This document shows, one piece after another, positions 26,773-37,383 of a DNA stretch of 64,000 nt. Within the stretch, counting starts at the first letter, position 1. Each line of letters begins with the position of its first letter. This stretch comes from Chloroflexota bacterium (lineage in GTDB: Bacteria > Bacteroidota > Ignavibacteria > Kapaibacteriales > UBA2268), in assembly GCA_050260015.1 (NCBI GenBank), contig JBLNBN010000060.1, positions 974 through 64,973 on the forward strand. The letters are read 5' to 3'. The position numbers were made by a program, and so were the translations under genes. The notes below the pieces were generated by a model, which worked only from the letters and a program-made list of their open reading frames with translations, was not told where the DNA came from and did no database searches.

Positions 26773-29646
26773 TCAATATTTGCCGTAATCCTCATTTCCT
26801 AAATCAATTAAATGTCTTGCTGCCGCCGAAAGCGCGGGTAGGCTGGAATTCCTGGAGCTTTTTTTAGTTAACCTGGGAACGCCTTGGCGCTCGTCTAAGG
26901 CATAGCCCATATCGGTCAGGTTGAATCTCATGATCATATTCTCCAATTGACTTGCCTGGCCGGCGAGTTCCTCGGACGCGGACGCGCTTTCCTCGGCGGA
27001 TGCCGTGTTCGTCTGCGTCACTTTATCGATCTGTACGAGTCCTTCATTGATCTGGGAAATGCCGGATGCCTGCTCGACGGAAGCGGCGGCTATCCTGGCC
27101 ACGATACCGGTCACGTTGTCGCTGCTCTCCTTGATTTCTTCGAGAGCGGCGCGGGTCCTGCCGGCCAGCTCGCTGCCGCGGTCGACCGTCTTAATGGTTC
27201 CTTCGATTAAGTCGGACGTCTCCTTGGCGGCAGTGGCGCTTCGCGCGGCGAGATTACGGACCTCCTCGGCTACGACGGCAAATCCCTTACCGTGGCGGCC
27301 TGCGCGGGCTGCCTCGACCGCCGCGTTAAGCGCGAGCAAGTTCGTCTGGAATGCTATTTCGTCGATTACTTTAATGATTTTAAAGATATTCTTGCTCGAT
27401 TCCGTTATCTCGTCCATTGCGGCGCTTAGCTCGTTCATTTCCCTATTGCCCTTGTCGGCGGATTCCTTAGCGGCATACGAAAGCTTATTGGCTTGACCTG
27501 CGTCCTCCGCGTTCGTTCGCGTTTGCGAGCCTAGTTCCGTCATCGAGCTCGTTATTTCCTCGAGAGATGCCGCTTGCTCGGTAGCGCCCTGCGACAACGC
27601 CGTGGAAGCTTCGGATACCTGGTTGGCTCCGCGATTAACCTCCGCGACAGTTGCGCGCACCTGCGAAAGGATTTGGTTCATCGATTCGATCGTGTCGTTA
27701 AGCGCGTTCTTCAAGGTGGCGTGGTCGCCGCGGTAGTCGCCGAGCATATTACGGGTCAGATCGCCGTCGGCCATTGTCTTTAGCACAGTTACCGCTTCGT
27801 CGACGGGTTGCGCCAAAATATCGAGCATTTTGTTGATGCCTTCGACAATTCTTCTAAAATCGCCTTTGTGGACCGACGCGTCCGCCCTGAAGTTGAGATT
27901 TCCTTCGGAGGCTGATTCAGCAAGCTTTCGCACGTCCTGGGTGATGGACTTAACGCTCTCGCGCATAAGTATAAGCCACTCGTGTATCTGGTCGTCGTCG
28001 GACGCTTTCGCGATGTCGGCCGTTATGTCGCCGTTAGCTATTTTCGTGACGTAATGAATTAGTCCCGTCAGCCAATCGTGAACGCCGTTAATGGCGTCCT
28101 GCATAGCCTTGTGGTCGCCCTTGAGCTCGAGATTAAACCGCTCGCGCAGGTTTCCGCCGCGTATGAGCTTCAGCACGCGATTTCCTTCGCCGATCGGGAG
28201 CAATATTGCGTCGAGCATTTTATTAAGACCGCCTACCATATCCAGCCATCCGCCCTGGAATTTATCTGCATTGGCACGATTGTCAAGCTTGCCTTCTATG
28301 GCAGATACGATCAATGCATTAATTTCTGCGATTACGGAGTAAAGGATAACTATTGAATTGTTAATATTAATCTTTATCATATTGTAATCGCCGCGGAATT
28401 CCTCGGTGATTTGCGTTAAAGGCTCGCCGGCGCTGACCTTTCTAATAAATTCAGCGGCAATATTTAAAGGCTCGACAAAGTTGTTTGTCGTCTGGTTCAT
28501 TCCCTGGATTATCTTTCTCAGGTCGCCAGAATGCTTCGTTTCGTCGGCGCGGAATTTCAAGTTGCCTTCGTCCGCCGCGCGGGCCATAGCGAAAGCGTCA
28601 TGTATAAGCAAGTTTAAGGAATCGATCAAGTTATTAAGATTGTTGTTTATCTTGTTGAAGTCGCCTTTAGCTTCCTTAGAAATCTTTTCAGGAATGTCGC
28701 CCTTCGAGAAGCGGTCTATGTAGCTTGCCGTCAATTTAAGCGGATTGATAATCGAATCAAGCGTGTCGTTAATGCCTACAACCAGGGTTTTGTAGTCTCC
28801 TTTATAATTATCGGCATCCGCGCGCGAGTCCAGCTTTCCGTTAACCGCGTCGGCGCTTAAGGAATTTACTTCGCCAAGCACCCCGCGGAGCGCGGAACTC
28901 ATCTTATCGAGCGATTGCATGAGAAGCCCTGTCTCGTCATTTTTCGAAGTATCGAATTTGATATTGAGCTTTCCTTCAGCCATTTCGTCGGCGGAGTTAA
29001 TAGCCGCTTTAATTGGATTGACGATTGAGCGAGTAATATACCAACCTATGGCAATCGCACCGATCACGCCCAATATTAGAACGATAATCAGCAGGTTAAC
29101 CGCCGAGGAAATAGAACCCGCCGCACCTGAGTTCGCTTCGGCAATCAATTGGTCCTGAAAATCAATTAATTTCCCGATCGCATCTACGTAAGCGTCATGC
29201 TTCGGCTGCAGTTCCGTAGCGACTATATTAGTGGCTATGTCCGAATTATGGATCAATGCTGCCGCAACGGCGCGATTCAGCGCCTCGCGATAATCGACCC
29301 TTAATCTTTTGACGTCGTTGAAAAGCTCGCGGCCTCTTGTAGTTACAATCAATTTATCGAGCGTTTCAAGACTCTTAGTTATAGAGACGCTGGCGTCGTT
29401 TATTTTATCCTTGATCGTCTGCATATTGGCGGTTTTATTAAAAATCACCATATTGCGTGATAATACCGCGGATTCGTTAACGTGATCGATTATATTATTC
29501 GCGGCTGTAGACTTGACGTTCGCATTAGTAATTATCTTCATTTGCTTATCCAATTCAGCAAAATTCATGTACGAGATAATTACCATAATTACCATAAGCA
29601 AACCGCTTAAAGTAAAGCCGATAGTTAATTTAGTTCCGATTTTCAT
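26773..29646 (-). CDS. Methyl-accepting chemotaxis protein with periplasmic sensor domain and an extended poly-HAMP array (copy A)
   Basis: TM1 at the N-terminus, a ~150-aa periplasmic domain, then TM2. About 470 aa of ~50-aa HAMP-like repeats follow. The MCP signalling domain reads [33 protein letters not shown]. Confidence 0.85.
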   Translation of the reverse strand: MKIGTKLTIGFTLSGLLMVIMVIISYMNFAELDKQMKIITNANVKSTAANNIIDHVNESAVLSRNMVIFNKTANMQTIKDKINDASVSITKSLETLDKLIVTTRGRELFNDVKRLRVDYREALNRAVAAALIHNSDIATNIVATELQPKHDAYVDAIGKLIDFQDQLIAEANSGAAGSISSAVNLLIIVLILGVIGAIAIGWYITRSIVNPIKAAINSADEMAEGKLNIKFDTSKNDETGLLMQSLDKMSSALRGVLGEVNSLSADAVNGKLDSRADADNYKGDYKTLVVGINDTLDSIINPLKLTASYIDRFSKGDIPEKISKEAKGDFNKINNNLNNLIDSLNLLIHDAFAMARAADEGNLKFRADETKHSGDLRKIIQGMNQTTNNFVEPLNIAAEFIRKVSAGEPLTQITEEFRGDYNMIKININNSIVILYSVIAEINALIVSAIEGKLDNRANADKFQGGWLDMVGGLNKMLDAILLPIGEGNRVLKLIRGGNLRERFNLELKGDHKAMQDAINGVHDWLTGLIHYVTKIANGDITADIAKASDDDQIHEWLILMRESVKSITQDVRKLAESASEGNLNFRADASVHKGDFRRIVEGINKMLDILAQPVDEAVTVLKTMADGDLTRNMLGDYRGDHATLKNALNDTIESMNQILSQVRATVAEVNRGANQVSEASTALSQGATEQAASLEEITSSMTELGSQTRTNAEDAGQANKLSYAAKESADKGNREMNELSAAMDEITESSKNIFKIIKVIDEIAFQTNLLALNAAVEAARAGRHGKGFAVVAEEVRNLAARSATAAKETSDLIEGTIKTVDRGSELAGRTRAALEEIKESSDNVTGIVARIAAASVEQASGISQINEGLVQIDKVTQTNTASAEESASASEELAGQASQLENMIMRFNLTDMGYALDERQGVPRLTKKSSRNSSLPALSAAARHLIDLGNEDYGKY

Positions 29647-29655
29647 AGTATATTC

Positions 29656-30162
29656 CTAAGAAAGTAAGGTTATTTCATTTATTTCTTTATCCGTTAGAAA
29701 CTTATCAGCGTCTATCAGGATTATTACGTTTTCGCCAACTTTACCAATACCCTTGATAAATTTATTCCGAAGAGTCGAGGACTGCGGGGGAGGATCTATC
29801 CAATCTTCCTGAATACAGAGCACTTCGTCTACGGTGTCGACTATCAAGCCAAAGGAAGAGCTTTCGATCTCAATAACGATGATGCAAGTTCTATCGCCAT
29901 ACTCTTTTTCGAGTAAATGAAATCGAATTCGCGCGTCGATCACGGGCACTACTCTCCCGCGAAGATTGATAACGCCTTTGATGAATTCCGGCATCTCCGG
30001 CAAACGAGTAATTTTCTGAATACCGATGATTTCTGTTACGTACTTTAATTCCAATCCATAACATTCCTCGCCGATATTGAAAGTAAGGAACTTATCCCTA
30101 AGCGTGTCCTCCTCTTCTTCCCAATACTCGTCTTCAGAATCCTGGGCTTCAATATATGCCAT
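29656..30162 (-). CDS. cheW: Chemotaxis coupling protein CheW (copy A)
   Basis: 168 aa. FNIGEECYGLELKYVTEIIGIQ...INLRGRVVPVIDARIRF. It lies 9 nt upstream of the mcp start. Confidence 0.8.
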   Translation of the reverse strand: MAYIEAQDSEDEYWEEEEDTLRDKFLTFNIGEECYGLELKYVTEIIGIQKITRLPEMPEFIKGVINLRGRVVPVIDARIRFHLLEKEYGDRTCIIVIEIESSSFGLIVDTVDEVLCIQEDWIDPPPQSSTLRNKFIKGIGKVGENVIILIDADKFLTDKEINEITLLS

Positions 30163-30330
30163 AGTAGTCCTTATTTGTCCCTAAAAAGTAGATTTACTTT
30201 ATTATCGGTATGTACGCAAAAAAAATTAAGTTATTATATAGCGCTACAAAAATACAATTGTTGCAGAAATCAACGAAAGAAAAATTCCTGTAAACGTCAT
30301 AATATTCAAAATGATAATCTTTATATAAAT

Positions 30331-30358
30331 GAAAAAGGCGGGGAATCCCGCCTTTTTA
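30331..30358. terminator. Terminator hairpin downstream of mcp copy B
   Basis: AAAAAGGCGGGGAATCCCGCCTTTTTAT. Confidence 0.55.
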
Positions 30359-30382
30359 TAAATTTTCCAATATTTAGGAAAA

Positions 30383-33256
30383 TTAGTATTTACCGTATTC
30401 GCCGTCGTCCAGGTTGATCATTTGACGTGCGGCGGAAGCCAAAGCCGGTAAAACGGCTCCGCGGCCGTTAGCCTTTTTCAGCTGCGCGCTTTGCTTTTGC
30501 GGATCGTACGAATAATTCATATCGGAAAGCTTGAATTTCATTATCATGTTTTCCAATTGACTTGCCTGGCCCGCAAGCTCCTCGGATGCGGATGCGCTTT
30601 CCTCGGCGGAGGCGGTATTGGTCTGAGTGACTTTATCTATCTGGACAAGTCCCTCGTTTATCTGGGTTATTGCCGATGCCTGCTCGACGGAAGAGGAGGC
30701 AATAAGAGCTACCGTATTCGTTACATGGTCGCTGCTTTCTTTAATCCCTTCGAGCGCGGCCCGGGTTCTCCCGGCAAGTTCGCTACCGCGATCGACAGTT
30801 TTAATCGTCCCTTCGATTAAGTCGGACGTCTCCTTGGCGGCAGTGGCGCTTCGCGCGGCGAGATTACGAACCTCCTCGGCTACGACGGCAAATCCCTTAC
30901 CGTGGCGGCCTGCGCGGGCTGCCTCGACCGCCGCGTTAAGCGCGAGCAGGTTCGTCTGGAAGGCTATTTCGTCGATTACTTTAATGATCTTTGATATGTC
31001 CTTACTCGATTCAGTAATTTGGTCCATAGCTAGGTTGAGCTCATTCATCTCTATGTTGCCGCGATCGGCGGATTCTTTTGCGGTAAGCGATAATTTGTTT
31101 GCTTCGCCTGCGTTTTCCGCGTTTGTGCGGGTTTGCGAGCCGAGTTCGGCCATAGAGCTAGTGATTTCCTCGAGCGACGCGGCTTGTTCAGTTGCGCCCT
31201 GCGATAATGCGTTGGACGCCTCCGCCACCTGGTTAGCGCCACGGTTTACTTCTCCTATTGTAGCGCGTACCTGCGTAAGGATTTGGTTCATCGATTCAAT
31301 CGTGTCGTTAAGAGCGTTCTTCAAGGTGGCGTGATCGCCTCGGTAGTCGCCGAGCATGCTGCGCGTTAAGTCTCCGTCGGCCATTCTCTTCAGCACAGTT
31401 ACCGCTTCGTCGACGGGTTGCGCCAAAATATCGAGCATATTGTTAATGCCTTCGATTATTTTTCTGAAGTCGCCTTTATGGATAGAAGCGTCCGCTCTAA
31501 AGCTCAGGTCTCCCGCGGAAGCGGAATCTGCGAGCTTTCGCACGTCCTGCGTAATGGACTTAACGCTCTCGCGCATAAGTATAAGCCACTCGTGTATCTG
31601 GTCGTCCTCGGACGCTTTCGCGATGTCGGCCGTTATGTCGCCGTTAGCTATTTTCGTGACGTACTGGATAAGCGCAGTCAGCCAGTCGTGCACGCCGTTA
31701 ACCGCGTCCTGCATAGCTTTGTGGTCGCCCTTGAGCTCGAGATTGACTCTCTCGCGCAGGTTTCCGCCGCGTATCAGCTTCAGCACGCGATTTCCTTCGC
31801 CGATAGGCAATAGGATAGCGTCTAGCATTTTATTGAGACCATTCACAATATTTAACCATGCGCCCTTGTATAAAGTAATATCGGCTCTTTTATCTAACCT
31901 GCCTTCTAAGGAGTGATCGAGTAGTTTTGTTATCTCTCCTAATACTCCGTAAAGAATATCGATTGTTTGATTAACGTTATTTTTGATTACATTATAATCG
32001 CCTTTGTAATCTTCATTTATTTTTTCAAGCTGTTCGCCGACGCTTACTCTTCGTATAAATTCTGACGAAACGTTGAGTTTATGTAAGAAGTTCTCCGTCG
32101 TTTGGTTCATGCCCTGGATGATCTTACGAAGGTCGCCGTAGTGTTTGGTTTCGTCCGCTCTGAATTTAAGTTTTCCTTCTTCGGCTGCGTTAGCTAATGA
32201 AAAGGCGTCTTGGATGAGTAAGTTAAGCGCATCTATCAACCCGTTAAGGTTATTATTGATAACCTGGAAGTCTCCCTTCGCTTCTTTAGTGATTTTTTCC
32301 GGCACGTCTCCCTTGGAAAAACGCGCAATATACTCGGCGGTGAGATTAAGAGGGTTGACTATCGCGTCAAGCGTGTCGTTAATTCCAATTACAAGCGTTT
32401 TGTAATCGCCCTTGTAATTGTTAGCGTCGGCGCGCACGTCGAGCTTACCTTCGACCGCTGCGCGGCCCATCTCGTTTACTTCGCCGATAGTGTTCCGTAG
32501 AGTCGCGCTCATCTTATCGAGCGATTGCATCAGTAGTCCCGTCTCGTCTTTATTGGTTGCGTCGAGTTTAACGTCGAGCTTGCCGTCGGCCATACTGTCG
32601 GCGGCTTCGATTGCCGCTTTAATTGGATTGACGATTGAGCGGGTAACGTAAATGGCGATGAGTATCGCGGCGATTATCGCTATCGCGAGAAGGATCAATA
32701 AAATTGATATTGCCGTCGAGACCAAATCGGCCGTTTCTTTGCCAACCTTTGAGTTTTGCTCGTTGAGATATGAAATAATATTGTTAATTGACGCCATGTA
32801 CCTTATATGTAGCGGTTCAAGTTGATCCGTCATGTAATGGGACGCTTCGTCAATTTTATTTTCTAAAGCAAGATCAATCATCTTATTAAGCGCTGGTCCG
32901 TAATCGTTCCTTTCTTTAAGTACTTTATTATAAAGTTCTTTTCCTTTTTCAGTTGTGAGAGCATTTTTAAGTTCTTCAAGCAACTCGGTAATTTCTTCTC
33001 CGCTCTTAATACGTTTTGATTTCTCTTTAAGCTTGTCATTATAGTTTTTCAGAATAATAGCGTTTCGAGCATTTATCGCGCTCTGATTTGCCTTGTCGAT
33101 AATTGAATTAGCCATACGGACTTTCATGCCGCTCGTTAATATTCCGTTTGTTTTGTCCTTAGTATTACTCAAATTTACGTAAGCGACAGCAATCATAAGA
33201 ACCATTAACAACCCGATTGAAGAAAATCCGATAGTTAGTTTTGTGCCGATTTTCAT
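30383..33256 (-). CDS. Methyl-accepting chemotaxis protein with poly-HAMP array (copy B)
   Basis: Same architecture and length (957 aa) as copy A. The cytoplasmic halves are near-identical at the DNA level, whereas the periplasmic domains diverge. Confidence 0.85.
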   Translation of the reverse strand: MKIGTKLTIGFSSIGLLMVLMIAVAYVNLSNTKDKTNGILTSGMKVRMANSIIDKANQSAINARNAIILKNYNDKLKEKSKRIKSGEEITELLEELKNALTTEKGKELYNKVLKERNDYGPALNKMIDLALENKIDEASHYMTDQLEPLHIRYMASINNIISYLNEQNSKVGKETADLVSTAISILLILLAIAIIAAILIAIYVTRSIVNPIKAAIEAADSMADGKLDVKLDATNKDETGLLMQSLDKMSATLRNTIGEVNEMGRAAVEGKLDVRADANNYKGDYKTLVIGINDTLDAIVNPLNLTAEYIARFSKGDVPEKITKEAKGDFQVINNNLNGLIDALNLLIQDAFSLANAAEEGKLKFRADETKHYGDLRKIIQGMNQTTENFLHKLNVSSEFIRRVSVGEQLEKINEDYKGDYNVIKNNVNQTIDILYGVLGEITKLLDHSLEGRLDKRADITLYKGAWLNIVNGLNKMLDAILLPIGEGNRVLKLIRGGNLRERVNLELKGDHKAMQDAVNGVHDWLTALIQYVTKIANGDITADIAKASEDDQIHEWLILMRESVKSITQDVRKLADSASAGDLSFRADASIHKGDFRKIIEGINNMLDILAQPVDEAVTVLKRMADGDLTRSMLGDYRGDHATLKNALNDTIESMNQILTQVRATIGEVNRGANQVAEASNALSQGATEQAASLEEITSSMAELGSQTRTNAENAGEANKLSLTAKESADRGNIEMNELNLAMDQITESSKDISKIIKVIDEIAFQTNLLALNAAVEAARAGRHGKGFAVVAEEVRNLAARSATAAKETSDLIEGTIKTVDRGSELAGRTRAALEGIKESSDHVTNTVALIASSSVEQASAITQINEGLVQIDKVTQTNTASAEESASASEELAGQASQLENMIMKFKLSDMNYSYDPQKQSAQLKKANGRGAVLPALASAARQMINLDDGEYGKY

Positions 33257-33265
33257 TTTTGTTCC

Positions 33266-33772
33266 TTAATTTATTGTAGAAATTGCGTCTATTTCGTTGT
33301 TAGTTAGAAACTTATCCGCATCGATCAAGATCTTGACGCTATTGCCGACCTTTCCAATCCCTTTGATAAAATTGTTGCTTGTTTTGCTTGACTGCGGCGG
33401 GGGATCTATCCAGTCTTCCTGTATGCCGAGCACTTCCGCTACTGTATCGACAATCAGCCCAAACGAGGAATTAGCGATTTCGATGACAATTATACAAGTC
33501 CTATCGCCGTAACCAAGCTCAGTCATACGGAACCTTAATCTCGCGTCAAGCACGGGTATTACTTTTCCGCGCAGGTTTATGATTCCTTTGATAAAGTCCG
33601 GCATTTCCGGCAGTCTCGTTATTTTTTGGATACCGATGATTTCAATTACGTATCGTAACTCGATCCCGTAGCACTCGGCCCCGACATGGAAAGTAAGGAA
33701 TTTATCCTTTAACGTGTCCTCATGCTCATCAATAAAATCGTCTTCGTCTTGTTTAGAATTCACAAACGCCAT
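33266..33772 (-). CDS. cheW: Chemotaxis coupling protein CheW (copy B)
   Basis: 168 aa and paralogous to copy A. The 9-nt spacing to the mcp is the same. Confidence 0.8.
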   Translation of the reverse strand: MAFVNSKQDEDDFIDEHEDTLKDKFLTFHVGAECYGIELRYVIEIIGIQKITRLPEMPDFIKGIINLRGKVIPVLDARLRFRMTELGYGDRTCIIVIEIANSSFGLIVDTVAEVLGIQEDWIDPPPQSSKTSNNFIKGIGKVGNSVKILIDADKFLTNNEIDAISTIN

Positions 33773-34118
33773 TACAAACCTTATTTATGTTTTACAATTA
33801 TTCATTTTTGTAGTCTGCATAACTACATAATCATTAAATTACTATTTTTACGACTACAAACCAAACCGATAATTAAGAATAAAGCATTATTTCGAAATAT
33901 TAACGATATTTAACTCCTATTTAACATATATTTCAAGTAACTATCTAAAATAGCGCCAATTACAAGGAGTGTTGAAAAATTTATATTTTGGATATATTAA
34001 TAAATTTATTTAATTTGGCGAAGGTCTGGATAAATATTTTTATGCTATATTACTTAGCCCTATTAATAATCCTCACATATTTATAATAATATTATTAATA
34101 TTAAAGAAGTCGTCTCGT

Positions 34119-35288
34119 ATGAGCCTCCCGCAGTTTCCTAAGGATTTTTTTGTTACAGACATAACGAATCACCCCAATTCTGAAATTATTAATTTTAAGA
34201 CTGGCAGAGGAGTTTTCAACAATTCGCCTGCGCCTATGTTTGTAAAAAATGCCAGGATGGAATTTATCGACTGCAACCCGGCTTTTTACAAAGCCTTCAA
34301 CGCTCAACCAGAGGATATTCTGGGAAAAACGCTTGATGGATTGCTAAGCCCGGAAGAGAGGGACGCCTTCGCCTCGATCGACGAACGACTTCTTAAGGAG
34401 GGCGGAGTCGCCCTTTATGACTCTACGGTGCAATTAAGCCCCCAGGATATACGTAGCTTATCTGTAAACAAATCCGCTATAACAAGTCCGGAGGGTAAGA
34501 CTATAGGTATTTTTGGAATAGTTATAGATACCACCGCAATGATGGATCACTATCGGGATACGCTAAAGAGCAATAACGAATTAAAATTGTTGGTCGAAAG
34601 CAATGATACCTTCTTTAAATTATTAGCGCATGATATACGAAATCCTATTCACGGCTGCTTAGGGCTTATTCAGTTATTGGAAGAATTCGACTCGCTTCCT
34701 GATAATCAAGATGCTAAGGAAATCCTAAATGCCCTGGAGTCATCATTAACGAAATTAAACCGGCTGTTAAACAGCTTATTGATATGGCGTAAAGCGAACG
34801 GGCAGCAACTGATCTTCGAACCTATCAAAGCTAACGTCCTCGAGACAGTAATTTCTGCGATCATGATAACTGAAGCGTCAAATTCGAGAAAGGATATTAA
34901 GCTGAAATTAAACGTCGATCCGAACGCAATATTTACTGTCGACGTAAATATGTTCAAGACAATAATAAGAAATCTTGTTTCAAACGCATATGCTTACTCG
35001 CCAAAAGGCTCATATATTGAAGTAGCTTATTACAATTTGGAGCAGGAGTTTTGTTTGCAGGTAAAGGACTCGGGAATAGGAATGTCCGATGAAGAGGTGA
35101 AGAACCTTTTTTCGATGAAGAACAAACGCTTAACAATCAGTTCGGAGGATTTTCTTAGCCACGGCATAGGATTAAATCTCGTAAAAGAATTTGTTGAAAA
35201 GCACCAGGGTAAAATTATAGTTAAAAGCTACATAGGCAAAGGAACTACTTTTTCTGTTTACATTCCAAAAAATATTCAAATGATTTGA
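34119..35288 (+). CDS. Cytoplasmic PAS-domain sensor histidine kinase
   Basis: PAS-like N-terminus. H-box LLAHDIRNPIHG. HATPase_c motifs VKDSGIGMSDEE and GIGLNLV. No TM segment. Confidence 0.75.
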   Translation: MSLPQFPKDFFVTDITNHPNSEIINFKTGRGVFNNSPAPMFVKNARMEFIDCNPAFYKAFNAQPEDILGKTLDGLLSPEERDAFASIDERLLKEGGVALYDSTVQLSPQDIRSLSVNKSAITSPEGKTIGIFGIVIDTTAMMDHYRDTLKSNNELKLLVESNDTFFKLLAHDIRNPIHGCLGLIQLLEEFDSLPDNQDAKEILNALESSLTKLNRLLNSLLIWRKANGQQLIFEPIKANVLETVISAIMITEASNSRKDIKLKLNVDPNAIFTVDVNMFKTIIRNLVSNAYAYSPKGSYIEVAYYNLEQEFCLQVKDSGIGMSDEEVKNLFSMKNKRLTISSEDFLSHGIGLNLVKEFVEKHQGKIIVKSYIGKGTTFSVYIPKNIQMI

Positions 35289-35421
35289 GCAAATGTGCGT
35301 TAAAGTTTAATATTGAAGCGCAGTTTCGGACAAAAAAGTATTTTTTCAATGCGAACTTTTTGTTTTATATTGAAAAACATATCTCCGAACGCGTATTTAT
35401 TATTAAATAGATGAATTAAGG

Positions 35422-36234
35422 ATGCACATGAGCAAGAAAAAGTCTCTCTACATTTGGATTGCGGCTTTTATCCTAACAATATTTTTCGCCGCCTGGCAAA
35501 GAATGACAGGACCTACTTACCCCGCGCGCGGATCTGTCCGGATTGCGGGCGAAGAGATTAAATATAAATTGCCGCGAAGCCACGAGGTCAACTCTAACCA
35601 AATAATAACGGTAGAAGTTCCCGATAAGACTATCTGGGGCGAGCTGGCATATAAAAGATACCCCAGCCACGACGAATGGACGCGTACGCCTATGGCGCGC
35701 CAGGGCGACGAGCTTAAGGGCGAATTGCCCGCGCAGCCGGCTGCCGGTAAGATAATGTATAACATCGACCTTAAGGCGCCGTCCGGGGAAATTAAGGCCG
35801 TTTCCGACGAGCCTATTATTACCCGCTTCAAGGGCGTCGTGCCGTGGTGGGTATTAATACCGCATATCTTAATAATGTTCGTAGCAATGCTGTGGTCGAC
35901 GCGCGCAGGTTTGGGGGCCTTTTTCAGGGACGATAAACTATTTATGCATGCAGTAATTACAGCCGTACTTCTTTTTATAGGAGGAGTCGTGCTGGGGCCT
36001 ATTGTGCAGAAGTACGCTTTTGACGCATATTGGACGGGTTGGCCGGTAGGAAACGACCTAACGGATAACAAGACGGCACTATCGATAATAATGTGGATCG
36101 TCGCCGCCGTGCAATTAAAGAAGCATCCTGAGCGCAAACGTTGGGCCGTAATTGCCGCAATCGTCCTCGTCGCGGTATATTTAATCCCTCATTCAGTTCT
36201 GGGTTCGGAAATAGATTATACGCAAAGACCATAA
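35422..36234 (+). CDS. Hypothetical membrane protein (one N-terminal TM, an extracytoplasmic domain, then 4 TM)
   Basis: Hydrophobicity pattern only. No recognisable motif. Confidence 0.45.
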   Translation: MHMSKKKSLYIWIAAFILTIFFAAWQRMTGPTYPARGSVRIAGEEIKYKLPRSHEVNSNQIITVEVPDKTIWGELAYKRYPSHDEWTRTPMARQGDELKGELPAQPAAGKIMYNIDLKAPSGEIKAVSDEPIITRFKGVVPWWVLIPHILIMFVAMLWSTRAGLGAFFRDDKLFMHAVITAVLLFIGGVVLGPIVQKYAFDAYWTGWPVGNDLTDNKTALSIIMWIVAAVQLKKHPERKRWAVIAAIVLVAVYLIPHSVLGSEIDYTQRP

Positions 36235-36283
36235 CTGGGCAGATGCCGGAAAATATAGAATTAAATAATTTAAGGGTAAGGAA

Positions 36284-36793
36284 ATGAAAGCAATAGACGC
36301 AATACTGTCGCGGCGAAGCATTCGCAAATACGAGCAGGGGATAATCGCGCAAGAAGATATCGACCTAATCCTTGAATGCGCTATGGCGGCTCCATCTGCG
36401 GGCAACCAGCAATCATGGCATTTTCTTGTGATAAAGGATTCAAATTTACGCGAACAGATCAGCAAAATACTTCCAAATTCCGAAATGCTGCCGGAAGCCG
36501 CCCTGGCAATCGTGGTTTGCGGCGATCGCTCGATTGAGCTATACCCTGACTACTGGGTGCAGGATTGCTCGGCCGCGTCCGAAAATATTTTACTGGCAGC
36601 GCACGCGCTCGGCTACGGCGCCGTCTGGGTAAGCGTTTACCCGAGAATAGACAGAATTTTGCCTGTAAAGAAATTACTTGATTTGCCGGAAGGCGTTATG
36701 CCGCTTAACGTCATTTCAATCGGTATTCCAAACGAAACAAAAGAAGTCCATACGGGACTAATCGCAGAAAAAATACATTACGATAGGTGGTAA
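36284..36793 (+). CDS. Nitroreductase family protein
   Basis: RRSIRKY and QQSWHFLVIKD, 169 aa. Confidence 0.75.
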   Translation: MKAIDAILSRRSIRKYEQGIIAQEDIDLILECAMAAPSAGNQQSWHFLVIKDSNLREQISKILPNSEMLPEAALAIVVCGDRSIELYPDYWVQDCSAASENILLAAHALGYGAVWVSVYPRIDRILPVKKLLDLPEGVMPLNVISIGIPNETKEVHTGLIAEKIHYDRW

Positions 36794-36797
36794 AAAA

Positions 36798-37358
36798 ATG
36801 AAAAAATCGCTCGGCGCACGCACGCTCGCATACTGTCTCCCCGTTTACATCGTAGGATCCTACGGAGAAGAAGATAAGCCAAATTTAATGAACGCCGCTT
36901 GGGGAGGGATGTGTTGCTCCAAGCCCCCATTAATTGCCGTTTCCCTCCAACGAGTACGTCAATCGTACGATAATATAATTAACCGGCAGGCATTTACTAT
37001 TAACATACCGTCGGTTAAGTACGTTAAGGAAGCCGATTACGTAGGCGTATACTCCGGCCGGGACGAAAACAAGTTTGAATCGTTAGGGCTGACTCCTATG
37101 AAAAGCGAATCGGTAGATGCGCCGTACGTGCTGGAATTTCCCGTTTCATTGCATTGCGAGCTGTTCCAGACTGTCGAGCTTGGCAGCCATGTGCAATTTA
37201 TCGGCGAGATTAAGGACGTTTTGATCGACGACGATTGCCTGGACCGGGCCGGCTCCCCGGATATTTCCTTAATCGATCCGTTTATCTACGATAACGGAAG
37301 CCGCGCCTACCATAAGATAGGCGATCGTATAAGCGGCGCTTATTTAAAACAAAAATAA
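36798..37358 (+). CDS. Flavin reductase-like (FMN-binding split-barrel) protein
   Basis: 186 aa. Flavoredoxin-like pattern (NLMNAAWGG...AVSL). Confidence 0.6.
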   Translation: MKKSLGARTLAYCLPVYIVGSYGEEDKPNLMNAAWGGMCCSKPPLIAVSLQRVRQSYDNIINRQAFTINIPSVKYVKEADYVGVYSGRDENKFESLGLTPMKSESVDAPYVLEFPVSLHCELFQTVELGSHVQFIGEIKDVLIDDDCLDRAGSPDISLIDPFIYDNGSRAYHKIGDRISGAYLKQK

Positions 37359-37383
37359 ATAATAAGAAGAAAAAGAGATAGGC

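Noticed and set aside
27005-27496. 163-aa + strand ORF (and others at 26947-27210, 30627-31334, 31356-31916) antisense to the MCP genes
   Set aside because: These are shadow ORFs inside highly repetitive, codon-biased MCP coding sequence. They are Ala/Ser-rich with low complexity, and the same shadows recur in both duplicated copies.
30175-30417. 80-aa + strand ORF in the gap between the two chemotaxis cassettes
   Set aside because: It is an AT-rich, basic, low-complexity translation that overlaps the mcp copy B terminator and stop codon. It is unlikely to code for protein.
35517-36137. 206-aa minus-strand ORF inside the 35422-36234 membrane-protein gene
   Set aside because: The + strand frame has coherent TM periodicity, whereas this minus-strand frame does not. 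It is a shadow ORF.
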